A DNA stretch of 64,000 nt, taken from NCBI GenBank assembly GCA_963758635.1, contig CAVWWD010000001.1, positions 1-64,000 on the forward strand, read 5' to 3'. Position numbers and translations under genes: made by a program. Below are positions 9,949-20,022 of the stretch, piece by piece. This stretch comes from an uncultured Candidatus Rokubacteria bacterium. GTDB taxonomy: Bacteria > Methylomirabilota > Methylomirabilia > Rokubacteriales > CSP1-6. The notes under the pieces were generated by a model. The model was given only the letters and a program-made list of their open reading frames with translations, did not search any database and was not told the origin of the DNA. Numbering within the stretch: position 1 is the stretch's first letter; the number at the start of each line of letters is the position of its first letter.

Positions 9949-10472
9949 GGCCGCCGCCCTCCGGGCGCGAGGATCCCCGGCGGGCGAGCCAGACCGAGAT
10001 CGATCAGCGCCTCGATCTGCTGAGCTGGTTGCTGGACGACCTCTTTCGCATCCCCGGGCTGGGGTGGCGCTTCGGCCTCGACGCGCTGATCGGCCTCGTT
10101 CCCGGCATCGGTGATGTCGTCACGACCGCGGCGTCTCTGTACGTGCTCGCCGCGGCCGTGCGGTACCGCGTGCCGAAGGTCACGGTCCTTCGCATGGGTC
10201 TCAATCTTCTGATCGACTTCGCGCTCGGAAGCCTGCCGGTGGTGGGAGACGTGTTCGACGCGTGGTGGAAGGCCAACAGCAGGAACCTGGCCCTGCTGCG
10301 CCGCTCGACAACGGTATCGCCGGCCGAGGTGCGCAGGGGCAGCATCGGCGACTGGCTGTTCGTCGGGCTCGTAGGACTCCTGCTGTTGACGGTGGCGGTT
10401 GGCGCGGCCGCCGTGGGCATCTATGTCGTGACGACGGTGGCACGGGGCGTGTGGGGCCTCCTGGGGGGCTGA
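9933..10472 (+). CDS. DUF4112 domain membrane protein (start uncertain)
   Basis: LDDLFRIPG..RFGLDALIGLVPGIGD, GDVFD..WKAN.RN motifs. Confidence 0.82.
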   Translation: MHRPVRPPPSGREDPRRASQTEIDQRLDLLSWLLDDLFRIPGLGWRFGLDALIGLVPGIGDVVTTAASLYVLAAAVRYRVPKVTVLRMGLNLLIDFALGSLPVVGDVFDAWWKANSRNLALLRRSTTVSPAEVRRGSIGDWLFVGLVGLLLLTVAVGAAAVGIYVVTTVARGVWGLLGG

Positions 10473-10524
10473 CGGGCCAGCGGGCTCCACCGAGCGTGTG
10501 TCGGCGTCGACCTGCTGAGCCGGG

Positions 10525-10998
10525 TCAGCGCGTCTCCGTGCGGCGGCTCGCGGCGTCGCAGACGGCGGCCAGGATGAGGCTGTAGCCGGCGCAGCGGCAG
10601 AAGTTGCCGCTCAGGAACTCCCGGATCTCGCGGTCGGTCGGCCGCGGATGCTCGTCCAGGAGAGCCGTGACGGCGATCACCATCCCCGGCGTGCAGAAGC
10701 CGCACTGGATGGCGCCGTGGCGGACGAACGCATCCTGGATCGGGTCCAGCGTGGCGTCGGTGCCGATGCCTTCGATCGTCGTCACGCGGGCGCCGTGCGC
10801 TCGGATGGCCAGGGCCAGGCACGCGCGCGTGAGCCCGCCGTCGACGAGCACGGTGCACGCTCCGCACGAGCCCTCGCCGCACCCTTCCTTGGTCCCCAGG
10901 AGCCCCAGACCGTCGCGCAGGAGCTGGATGAGCGTCCAGTGGCCGGGCACGTCCACGCGCACGGCGCGCTCGTTGACGGTGAGCTCGACCACCGGCAC
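10525..10998 (-). CDS. Molybdenum hydroxylase small [2Fe-2S] subunit (CoxS/CutS-like)
   Basis: GCGEGSCGACT, QCGFCTPG, GNFCRCAGY. Confidence 0.93.
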   Translation of the reverse strand: MPVVELTVNERAVRVDVPGHWTLIQLLRDGLGLLGTKEGCGEGSCGACTVLVDGGLTRACLALAIRAHGARVTTIEGIGTDATLDPIQDAFVRHGAIQCGFCTPGMVIAVTALLDEHPRPTDREIREFLSGNFCRCAGYSLILAAVCDAASRRTETR

Positions 10999-11870
10999 TA
11001 CGACGCCGGTCCTTCCGCCAGATCGGTCACGATCCGTCGCACCCACACCCGCAGCATGTCGCGCCGGTAGTCGGCGCTGCCCTGCAGGTCGTCCATCGGG
11101 TCGACCTCATCGGCGGCCGCGTCCGCCGCGCGCGCGATCGTCGCCTCCACGAGCTCCTGGCCCTCCAGCGCTTGCTCGGCCCGCGTGAGGACGACCGGCG
11201 AGGCGCCGACGCCGCCCACGGCCAGGCGGGCGACGCGGCAGCGGCGGCCATCCAGCCCGAGGACAGCCGCCAGGCCCACCAGCGCCTTGTCCTCCTGCGC
11301 GCGCGGCGTCCACTTGAGGTACCGCCACCGCGCCTGGGCGGGCAGGAGGGGAACGTCGATGCCGGCCAGCACCTCGGCGGGGCGGAGCGCCGTGTCGTAG
11401 AAGCCGGTGAAGAACTCGGTGATGGGCAGCGCGCGCGCGCCGCCGGGGCCGTGCAGGCGGACGGTCGCGCGGAGGGCGAGGAGGGCCGGCGACGGGTCCG
11501 ATGCCGATTCGCCGTAGCAGAGGTTCCCGCCGAGGGTGCCCATGCTGCGCACCGTCGGGCTGGCCACGCGCGCGCACGCCTCGGCGAGCAGCGGGCTCCG
11601 CGCCCGCACGAGAGGCGCATGCGACACGGCCCAGTGGGTTGCGACGCCCCCGATGGCGAGCCCGCCCGACGCCGCCGGGGCGATGTCGCCGAGGCCGGGG
11701 ATCCGCATGATGCCGACGAGCCGCGAGGGACGCAGCACCGCGTGCTTCATCAGCGGCACCAGCGCCGTGCCGCCCGCGATGACGCGGGCGTCGTCGCCGG
11801 CGCCCTGGATCGCGGCGACGGCCTCGTCGAGCGTCGCGCTCTCGACGTACTCGAACGGGCGCAGGATCAT
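10998..11870 (-). CDS. Molybdenum hydroxylase FAD-binding medium subunit (CoxM-like)
   Basis: IAGGTAL, VRSMGTLGGN, SADYRR. Confidence 0.92.
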   Translation of the reverse strand: MILRPFEYVESATLDEAVAAIQGAGDDARVIAGGTALVPLMKHAVLRPSRLVGIMRIPGLGDIAPAASGGLAIGGVATHWAVSHAPLVRARSPLLAEACARVASPTVRSMGTLGGNLCYGESASDPSPALLALRATVRLHGPGGARALPITEFFTGFYDTALRPAEVLAGIDVPLLPAQARWRYLKWTPRAQEDKALVGLAAVLGLDGRRCRVARLAVGGVGASPVVLTRAEQALEGQELVEATIARAADAAADEVDPMDDLQGSADYRRDMLRVWVRRIVTDLAEGPAS

Positions 11871-11883
11871 CCGCGCCGTCCGA

Positions 11884-14215
11884 TCAGGCCCGTGCCGCGC
11901 GGCCGGTCGCCCGCAGCGCGCGGTGGATCTTCTCGGCGCGGATCGGCAGCTCCTTCAGCTGGACGCCGACCGCGTCGTAGACCGCGTTGCCGAGCGCGGC
12001 CGGGACGGGCGCGAGGGCCGACTCGCCGATGCCCTTGGCCCCGTACGGCCCCTCGTCGTGCCCGCTCTCGACGATGATCACGTCGATCGGGGGCGCGTCC
12101 ACCGTGGTCGGGATCTTGTAGTCGAGAAACGTCGGGTTCAGCGTGTGGCCGCCGTCGAAGGCGACCTCCTCCATGGTGGCCATGCCCAGGCCCATGATCG
12201 CGGAGCCGCCGATCTGCTGAACGCAGGCGAGCGGGTTGATCGCCTTGCCGGCGTCCGCGGCGGCGGCCATCCGCACGACGGTGAGCTGCCCGGTGTCGGG
12301 ATCGACGTCCACCTCGGCGCCGATGGCCGCGTACATCCAGAAGACGGACGGCCGGCTGGACTGGCCCGTCTCGGCGTTCATGGTCTCGTAGAGCGGCTTG
12401 GTGGTGACGGTCCCGCGGCCCAGCACGGTGCCGGGGCCCCCGTAGAAGCTGGCGATGATCTGCCCGTAGCGGAGCGCGCGGTCCGGAGCTCCGCGCACCG
12501 CCACGGTCCCGTCGCGCAGCTCGAGGTCGCGCGGGTCCGCCTCGATCACGGCGCCCGCCATGTCGAGGAGCTGGCGCCGCACGTCGGCGGAGGCCTCCTT
12601 GACGACGAGGCCCATGTGGAACGTCGTGCGGCTGGACGTCGACGAGCGGTCGAACGGCGTGACGCTCGTGTCCGGCATCACGCAGCGGACCGTGTCGATC
12701 GGCACCGCGAGCTCCTGGGCGGCGATCTGCGCCAGCACGGTGTGGGCGCCCTGGCCGTGCTCGACGGCGCTGGTGATCACGTCGACGCTCCCGTCGTTGT
12801 TGAGCTTGACGAAGCCGAACGACGCGGTCGGCGTGAGCGTCGACTTGAGGATGCAGGCGAGCCCGCGCCCGCGGCGCGCGCCCGAGGGTCCCGGTCCGCT
12901 CGAGCGGCGCCTCGTACCCGATGGCCGCCGCCGCTCGCTCGAGACACTCGCCCACGCCGACGCGGTGCATGCGCTCGCCGGTCACGCTGAGGTCACCCTC
13001 GCCCAGGATGTTCTTGCGCCGGAGCGCGAGCGGGCTCATCCCGAGCTCGCGCGCCACGCGGTCCATCTGCTGCTCGCCCGCCCAGGCCACCTGCGGGATG
13101 CCGAGCCCGCGGAAGCCCCCGCCGGGCTGGCGGTTGGTGTAGACGAGGTACCCGTCGATGCGCGCGTAGGGGATCCGGTAGGGCCCGAGCGAGCAGTAGC
13201 TCGCGTTCCGCACGATGACGGCGCCGATGTCGGCGTACGCTCCCTTCTCCCAGTAGATCGTCGACTGCCGGGCCACCAGCGTGCCGTCCCGCGTGACCCC
13301 GGTCCGGACGGTGGTCCGCGTGGGCAGCCGCCCCGCGCAGGTCAGGAACTCGTCCTCGCGGTCGAAGACGATGCGGACGTGACGGTTGGGCACCTTCATG
13401 GCGAGGAGCGCGGCGGCGGGATTGATGGCGCGCAGGTACATCTTCGAGCCGTAGCCGCCGCCGACCATGTTGGTGACCACGCGCACGCGCTGCTGCGGGA
13501 GCTCGAGGAGGTCGGCCAGCATGTCGCGCACCGTGTGCGGGCCCATCGTGCTGGTCCACAGCGTCATCACGCCGGCCGCGTCGTAGAGCGCCACGGTGAC
13601 GTGCGGCTCGAGATGCGCGTATTGCACGAACGGCGTCGAGAACGTGTCCTCGACCACGAGGTCACAGCGCGCCCATGCGCCTTCGACGTCGCCGCGGCGG
13701 AGCTTGAAGTGGTAGGAGACGTTGCTGTCGGGCAGGGGATTCAACACGAGGCCAGGGACCTGGGCGCGCTCGTACGACATCTGGTCCGGATGGATCAGCG
13801 GCGCCCCCGGGGCCATCGCCTCCATCACGTCGAAGACGCCCGGCAGCTCGTCGTAGTCGACGGCGATCCGGTCGATCGCCTCCTGGGCGGCGTCCTCGTC
13901 CTCCGCGGCCACCGCGGCCACGACCTCGCCCGCGTAGCGCACGCGGTCGACGGCCAGCGCCGGCTGGTCCTTCTGGAAGAGGCCGTGCCGGCGCGCGCAG
14001 TCCTGCCCGGTGACGATGGCCCGCACGCCGGGCACCGAGGCCGCGGCCGACGTGTCCACGTGGAGGATGCGCGCGTGCGGGATGCCCGCGCGGAGCGTCT
14101 TGCCGACGAGCATGCCGGCGAAGCGGACGTTGACACCGAACGTCGCGCCGCCGCGGACCTTGGCCGCGGCGTCCGTTCGCACCACCGACGTGCCGACGAC
14201 GGCCGTGTCCGCCAT
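11884..14215 (-). CDS. Xanthine dehydrogenase family molybdopterin-binding large subunit (frameshift near 12880)
   Basis: VVGTSVVRTDA, VGGGYGSK, GGFRGLGIPQ, EHGQG, AKGIGE. Confidence 0.9.
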
Positions 14216-14226
14216 GCGATCTCCTC

Positions 14227-14712
14227 TCAGGGGCGCGCGTGAGGGCTCGGCGCCCCGCCCACTTCGGCCTGGAGCTCCGCCTGCAGCGCCTGGGCGAAGA
14301 GCGCGGTGATCTCCTTCGACTTCGCGGCGATGGCCTTGTGGCCCAGCGCGCCCAGCATGCCGCCGACGGCCAGCTCCGAGGTGAGCGTCACGCGCGTGCC
14401 TCCCGCCGCCGTGGCTTCGAAGTCCACGCGGTCCTTCGATCGGAGGTTGCCGACCGCGCCCTTCACGCTCTTGCCGACCGACGAGAGCGCGAGGGACCGG
14501 AGCGGCTCCCGGGACTCGACCTGCGTCGCCATCTCGAAGGTGGCGGAGATGAAGCCAACCTTCTGGGTGGCGAGGACCTTGTAGCGGTCGGGCCCCAGCA
14601 CGTCCACCGACTGGACGCCGGGGATGCAGCGCGCGACGCGCTCGATGTTCTCGAAGAACTGCCACACCGTCTCGGGCGCCGCGGCGACGGTGAAGGTCTC
14701 GCGGATCTGCAT
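14227..14712 (-). CDS. coxG: CoxG-like SRPBCC protein
   Basis: F.V.AAPETVWQF..IERVARCIPG N-terminus; lies inside the cox-like cluster. Confidence 0.8.
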   Translation of the reverse strand: MQIRETFTVAAAPETVWQFFENIERVARCIPGVQSVDVLGPDRYKVLATQKVGFISATFEMATQVESREPLRSLALSSVGKSVKGAVGNLRSKDRVDFEATAAGGTRVTLTSELAVGGMLGALGHKAIAAKSKEITALFAQALQAELQAEVGGAPSPHARP

Positions 14713-14715
14713 CCG

Positions 14716-17062
14716 CTACGCCTTCGCGCGAGCGACGCCGAGCGCGCGCCAGATCGACTCGGCCGTGACGGGCAGGCGATCCAGCTCCACGCCGAACGGC
14801 GCCAGCGCGTCGCAGACCGCATTCGTGATGGCGGCGGCGGCGGCGATGGTGCCGCCCTCGCCCACGCCCTTGATGCCGAACGGGGTGACCGGCGACGGCG
14901 TCTCCAGGTGGTCCAGCTCGAACGCCGGCAGGTCGGCCGCGGTCGGCATGAAGTAGTCGACCATCGTGCCGTTCACGAGCTGGCCGGTGTCCCGATCGTA
15001 GACGAGCTCCTCGAACAGCGCGGCGGCGATGCCCTGGGCGACCGCGCCCTGGACCTGCCCCTCGACGATCATGGGATTGACCTGGGTGCCGCAATCGTGG
15101 ACCAGGATGTAGCGCTCGATCGCGAACTCGCCGCTGCGCGCGTCCACCGCCACCTGGACGACCACGGTCCCGTACCCGAACGCCGACGCCGGCGGATCGA
15201 AGTACGCGGTGGCCTCCAGGCCGGGGTCCTCGCCCGGCGGGAGGGGATAGCCCAGGAAGGCCGCCTCGGACACCCGCTGGATCGAGACCTGCACGGACGG
15301 GTCGTCCCGCCGGCGGATCACGCCCGCGGTCGCCTCGAGCGTCGTGGCATCCACGTCGAGGATCTGCCCGGCGATGCGCAGCATCTTGTCCCGGATCTGG
15401 CCGGCCGCCTTCTCGATGGCGCCGGCGCCGGCGATCATCGTGCGGCTCGCGAAGCCGCCCACGCTGTACGGCGTGCCGCGCGAATCGCCGCGGTGGATCG
15501 CGACCTCGGCGGGATCGAGCCCGAGCAGCGAGGCGGCCACCTGGGCGAAGGTGGTCTCCGTGCCCTGCCCGAACGTCGAGACGCCGGTGGAGATGGCGGC
15601 GCGGCCCGCCCGGTCCATGCGCAAGGTCACGCTCTCGTAGGCGCCGAAGCGCGCGCCCGCGCGGCCGAGAAACGCGGAGGACGGATAGCCCGTGAACTCC
15701 ACGTAGCACGACATGCCGACGCCCACGTGACGACCCTCTCGCCGCCACGCCTGCTGTCGCGCGCGGAACGTCTCGTAGCCGACGCGCGAAAGCGCGAGAT
15801 CGAGGGCCCGCGCGTAATCGCCGCTGTCGTAGGTCACGCCGCTCACGTTCTTGAACGGCAGCTCGTCGGGGCGCAGGAGGTTCTTGCGCCGGACGTTCGG
15901 CGGGATCCTGGCCCAGGCGGCGGGCCAGCCGGTCGACGAGGACCTCGCGGACGTAGTTCGACTCGGCTTGCCCGTAGCCGCGGTACGCGCCCGTGGGCAC
16001 CTTGTTGGTCAACACCACGCGGCGGTGGATCTCCGCGTCGTGGAGCCGATAGGGCCCGGCGAGCATGATGCTGGTCAGGAGCGGCGGGCCCAGCGGACCG
16101 TGGTAGGCGCCGAGGTCGATCAGGTAGCGGTCGCGCACGGCGAGCAGCGCGCCGTCGCGGTCGGCCCCGAGGGTCAGCGCGTGGACGGCCTCGCGCGCGT
16201 GGGGAGCGCTGCGGAAGAACTCCGTGCGGTCCTCGATCCACTTCACCGGACGGCGCGTGTCGATGGCGACGAGGGACGCGACGATGTCCTCGGGGGCGAC
16301 GCCGATCTTGAGGCCGAAGGCGCCCCCCACGTCCGGGGCGATCACGCGCACATCCGTCTCGTCCATGCGCAGGCAGTGCGCGAGCTGGGCTCTCAGGAGG
16401 TGCGGCGTCTGGGTGGACGCCCAGAGCTCGAGCGTGCCGGTGTCCTCCGCCCAGCGCGCGATGACCCCGCGCGTCTCGATCGGCGCGCCGCTCACCCGGT
16501 TGATGCGGAGCGTGCCCTGGACGGTCACGGCGGCCTCGGCCAGGCGTCGCTCCGGGTCGCCCGCCCGCACCGTCGACTCGACGACGACGTTGCCCGGGAC
16601 GGTGGCATGGAGCTCGGGCGCCCCCGGGGCGAGCGCGTCCTCGACGTCCACGGCGTGCGGAAGCGGCTCGTAGTCGATGTCGATCAGCTCGAGCGCGTCC
16701 TCGGCCACGTAGCGGTCCACGGCGGCCACGGCGACGACGATCTCGCCTTCGTAGCGGGCGACCTCGCGCGCCATGCCGTGGAACACGGTCGGCGCGGACC
16801 CGGGAAACGGCCGCAGGGCCGTGATCGGCTCCGTCCGCGAGACGACCTGCTCGCCGGTCAGGACGGCGACGACGCCGCTGTGCGCGAGGGCCCGCGTCGC
16901 GTCGATGCGCCGGATGCGCGCGTGCGGGTACGGGCACCGGCCGAGGGCGAGGTGCAGCGCGAGCGTCTCCTCGACGTCGTCGACGAAGCGGCCGCTGCCC
17001 CGGAGCAGGCGGTCGTCCTCCTTCCGCTTCACGCTGGCCCCGAGCCAGGGGAGCTTATCCAT
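14716..17062 (-). CDS. Second xanthine dehydrogenase family molybdopterin-binding large subunit (frameshift near 15900)
   Basis: GASVKRKEDDRLLRG, DVGGAFGLK, AYRGYGQ, FGQGTET, GIKGVGEGG. Confidence 0.9.
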
Positions 17063-17547
17063 CGCGACGTTCGCCCGCGGCCTGGCGGAGGTAGCGCTCG
17101 ACCGCCTCGACGATGTTCTGGTAGCCCGTGCATCGGCACAGGTTGCCGGCCAGCTCCTCGCGCAGGGCCGCCCCTTCCAGGGCGACGCCGCGAGCGGCGA
17201 GCGCGACGGCGCCGAGCAGGAAGCCGGGCGTGCAGTACCCGCACTGGAGCGCGTGCGCATCGCGGAACGCCTGCTGCACGGGGTGCAGCTCGCCGCGCCC
17301 CGCGAGCCCCTCGACCGTCGTGATGGCGTGGCCGTGCGCCTGGGGCGCGAGCATGAGGCACGACTTCACCGGGCTCGCCGTCGAACAGCACCGTGCACGC
17401 GCCGCACACGCCCTGTTCGCACCCGACGTGGGTGCCGTGCAGCCCCAGCTCGTGACGCAAGAAGTCGACCAGGAGCCGGCGGCTCTCGACCACGCGCTCG
17501 TGGTCGTCGCCATTGACCCGGAGCGCCACCGTCACGCGGGCGCTCAT
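17055..17547 (-). CDS. Second [2Fe-2S] small subunit (frameshift near 17370)
   Basis: GCEQGVCGACT in one frame; VKSCL..QCGYCTPG..GNLCRCTGY in the next. Confidence 0.9.
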
Positions 17548-18404
17548 CGCCGGCGCGCCATCTCGCCGAGCGCGCGCTCCACGAGGATCGGGACGAGGTG
17601 GCGCCGGTACTCGGCGGAGGCGCGGACGTCCGAGGCTGGCTCGGCCACCTCCAGGCAGCGGGCCGCCGCCGCCTCGGCGTCGGCGCGGTCGAGCCGTGTG
17701 CCGGCGAGCGCCTCCGACGCGCTCCGGGCGTAGCGCGGGCGCTCCGCGACGGCGCCGAGTCCGATCCGGATCCAGCGCCAGCTCCCGTCGGGCGCACGCC
17801 GGCCGGTGACGGCCACGCTGACCACGGCGAAGTCGCCGTGTCGCCGCGCGTGCTCCACAACGACCGCCTCGGTGCCCGCGCCGTCGGGAAACTCCACCGC
17901 CTCCACCATCTCGGTCGGCTCGAGCGCCGTCGTGTATGGCCCCTGGAAGAACGCCTCCGCGTCGAGCTCGCGCCGGCCGGCGGCGCCGAGGATGCGCAGG
18001 CGAGCGCCGAGGGTCACCGCGCAGAGGGCCATCTCGCCGGCCGGGTCGGCATGGCAGAGCGCGCCGCCGAGCGTGCCGCGGTTGCGGATCTGCCGGTCGC
18101 CCACGAAGGGGATGGCCCGGGCGAGCAGCGGGAGGCGTTCGCGGACCACCGCCGACGCCTCCAGCGCGGAGTACCGGGTCAGCGCCCCGATCCGCACCAC
18201 GCCGTCCTCCGCCTCGACGCGGTCGAGCCCCGCGATGCCGTTGATGTCGATCACTGCCGTCGGGCGCATCAGCCGCATGCTGAGGAGCGGGACCAGGCTC
18301 TGCCCGCCGGCGAGAAGCCGCGCGTTGCCGTCGAAGCGCGCGAGGGCGGCGAGGGCCTCCTCGGGTGTCGCCACCGCGAGGTACTCGAGGGGAGCGGGCT
18401 TCAT
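17544..18404 (-). CDS. Second FAD-binding medium subunit (CoxM-like)
   Basis: MKPAPLEY, LAGGQSLVP, QIRNRGTLGG, ADPAGE. Confidence 0.92.
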   Translation of the reverse strand: MKPAPLEYLAVATPEEALAALARFDGNARLLAGGQSLVPLLSMRLMRPTAVIDINGIAGLDRVEAEDGVVRIGALTRYSALEASAVVRERLPLLARAIPFVGDRQIRNRGTLGGALCHADPAGEMALCAVTLGARLRILGAAGRRELDAEAFFQGPYTTALEPTEMVEAVEFPDGAGTEAVVVEHARRHGDFAVVSVAVTGRRAPDGSWRWIRIGLGAVAERPRYARSASEALAGTRLDRADAEAAAARCLEVAEPASDVRASAEYRRHLVPILVERALGEMARRR

Positions 18405-18426
18405 GCGCGAGGCGCCGTCCTGGGCG

Positions 18427-19438
18427 TCACGCCGACCGCAGGCTCGGAATCAGATCCCGCCCGATCAGCTCGATCTGATCCAGGACGCTCCGCTGGGGCA
18501 CGCCCGGCCACTGCGGGCGGAGCAGGAAGTGGTTGACGCCGAGCAGGTCGTGATAGCGGCGGATCTCGGCGCGGCACTCGTCCGGCGTTCCGACGATGAA
18601 GCGGTCGCGGACGAGGTCGGCGTAGGGCGCCGACAGGCTCTCGCCCTTCGGCATCGGCTTGTCGAGCCCCCAGTCGGCGTACGCCTTGTACTTCTGCAGC
18701 AGATACGGCTCGGCGTCCTTGAGCGCCTGCTCGCGCGTGGGCGCCACCGAGCATTCCCTGAAGATCGGCGCCTCGGCGGGGAAGGGTTTGCCAACGTCGG
18801 CGAGCGCCGCGCGATAGATGGCCATCTGCCGCTGGAGGGTCGGAATGCTTGCGTGCGGATTGATGAAGCAGCGCGTCGCCATGGCGCGCGGCCCGATCGT
18901 AGGCGGCGTCGCCGCTGGCGGCGATCCAGATCGGCGGATGCGGCCGCTGCACCGGCTGGAGCGTCAGCGACGCCTTCGTGAGCGTGAAGTGGCGGCCCGC
19001 GTGGGTGACCACGTCCTCCGTCCACAGCCGCCGCGCCACCGCGAGGATCTCGAGGAAACGCGACACGCGGGTTTTCATCTCGACGCCCAGGCCCTCGAAC
19101 TCCTCGGGCCGGTAGCCGAGCCCCACGCCGAACACGAAGCGCCCCTCGGTGAGGACGTCCAGCGACGCAACCTGCTCGGCCACGTAGGCCGGGGTGTGGA
19201 TGGTGAGCAGGAAGATGTTCGTGACGAGGCGCATCTCTCCCGCCTCGGCGGCCAGGCGGCCGAGCAGCGGAAGCGGCTGCATCATCTGGAACGGAGTCAG
19301 CAGGTAGTGGTGGCTGACCGCCACCGAGTCGAACCCCGCGTCGCGCGCCGCCCGTACCTGGTCGACGAGCTCGCGCACCTTGACGCGCGCGTCCTCGCCC
19401 GCCAGGAACTGTGTGTTCAGGATCAGTCCGAACTTCAT
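18427..19438 (-). CDS. LLM class flavin-dependent oxidoreductase (frameshift near 18870)
   Basis: [49 protein letters not shown]. Confidence 0.88.
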
Positions 19439-19493
19439 CGCCGACGGCATCATAGCGCGGCGTCCTCTCGGCTCCCAGCGGTCACTGTCCGCA

Positions 19494-19524
19494 TGTCGAT
19501 TCCCGCGCCCGTCGTTCGACTACG
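19494..19524 (+). promoter_or_regulatory. ECF sigma (ECF42-like) promoter motif
   Basis: TGTCGAT-N13-GTTCGACTACG upstream of a DGPF/YciI gene; near-identical motif at 42367. Confidence 0.65.
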
Positions 19525-19571
19525 CAGTAGCTTCGATGATCATGACGACCCGCACCACGAGGAGGACAACC

Positions 19572-19950
19572 GTGAAGTTCGTGTGCCTCGGCTACATCGA
19601 CGAGAAGAAGTGGGACGGCCTCTCCAAGGAACAGCAGAACGCCATGATGCACGAGTGCTTCGCCTACGACGACGTGCTCCGGGCGAACGGGCATTTTCGT
19701 GGCCGGCGAGGCCCTTCAGAGCGGGCGAACCGCCCGGACGCTCCGGTGGAACGGCCGCGAGGTCATGGTCACGGACGGTCCCTTCGTCGAAACGACGGAG
19801 CTTCTCGGCGGACTGCTGGTCCTGGAGGCCAGGGACATGAAGCATGCGGTCGAGTTGATGTCGAAGCATCCGGGCGTCCGTCTGGGCGGTCCCTTCGAGA
19901 TCCGCCCGGTCGAGGACATTCCGGAGATCCACCCGAGGCTTGGCGGATAG
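19572..19950 (+). CDS. YciI/DGPF family protein (frameshift near 19700)
   Basis: MKFVCLGY...; [25 protein letters not shown]. Confidence 0.88.
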
Positions 19951-20022
19951 GGGTCGCAGGCCCGGCTGTAGGACCGAAGGGGGACGATTCAGGGCCGCGC
20001 CGGCTGTAGTAGTCTGCCCTTC

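Noticed and set aside
11867..17260. 1797-aa ORF suggesting a giant fused molybdoenzyme
   Set aside because: It is a chimera of the N-terminal halves of two large subunits joined by off-frame sequence caused by indels; separate genes with their own starts and stops lie inside it.
10525..18404. Aerobic CO dehydrogenase (cox) assignment
   Set aside because: Neither large subunit has AYxCSFR or AYRGAGR, and no coxDEF genes are present.
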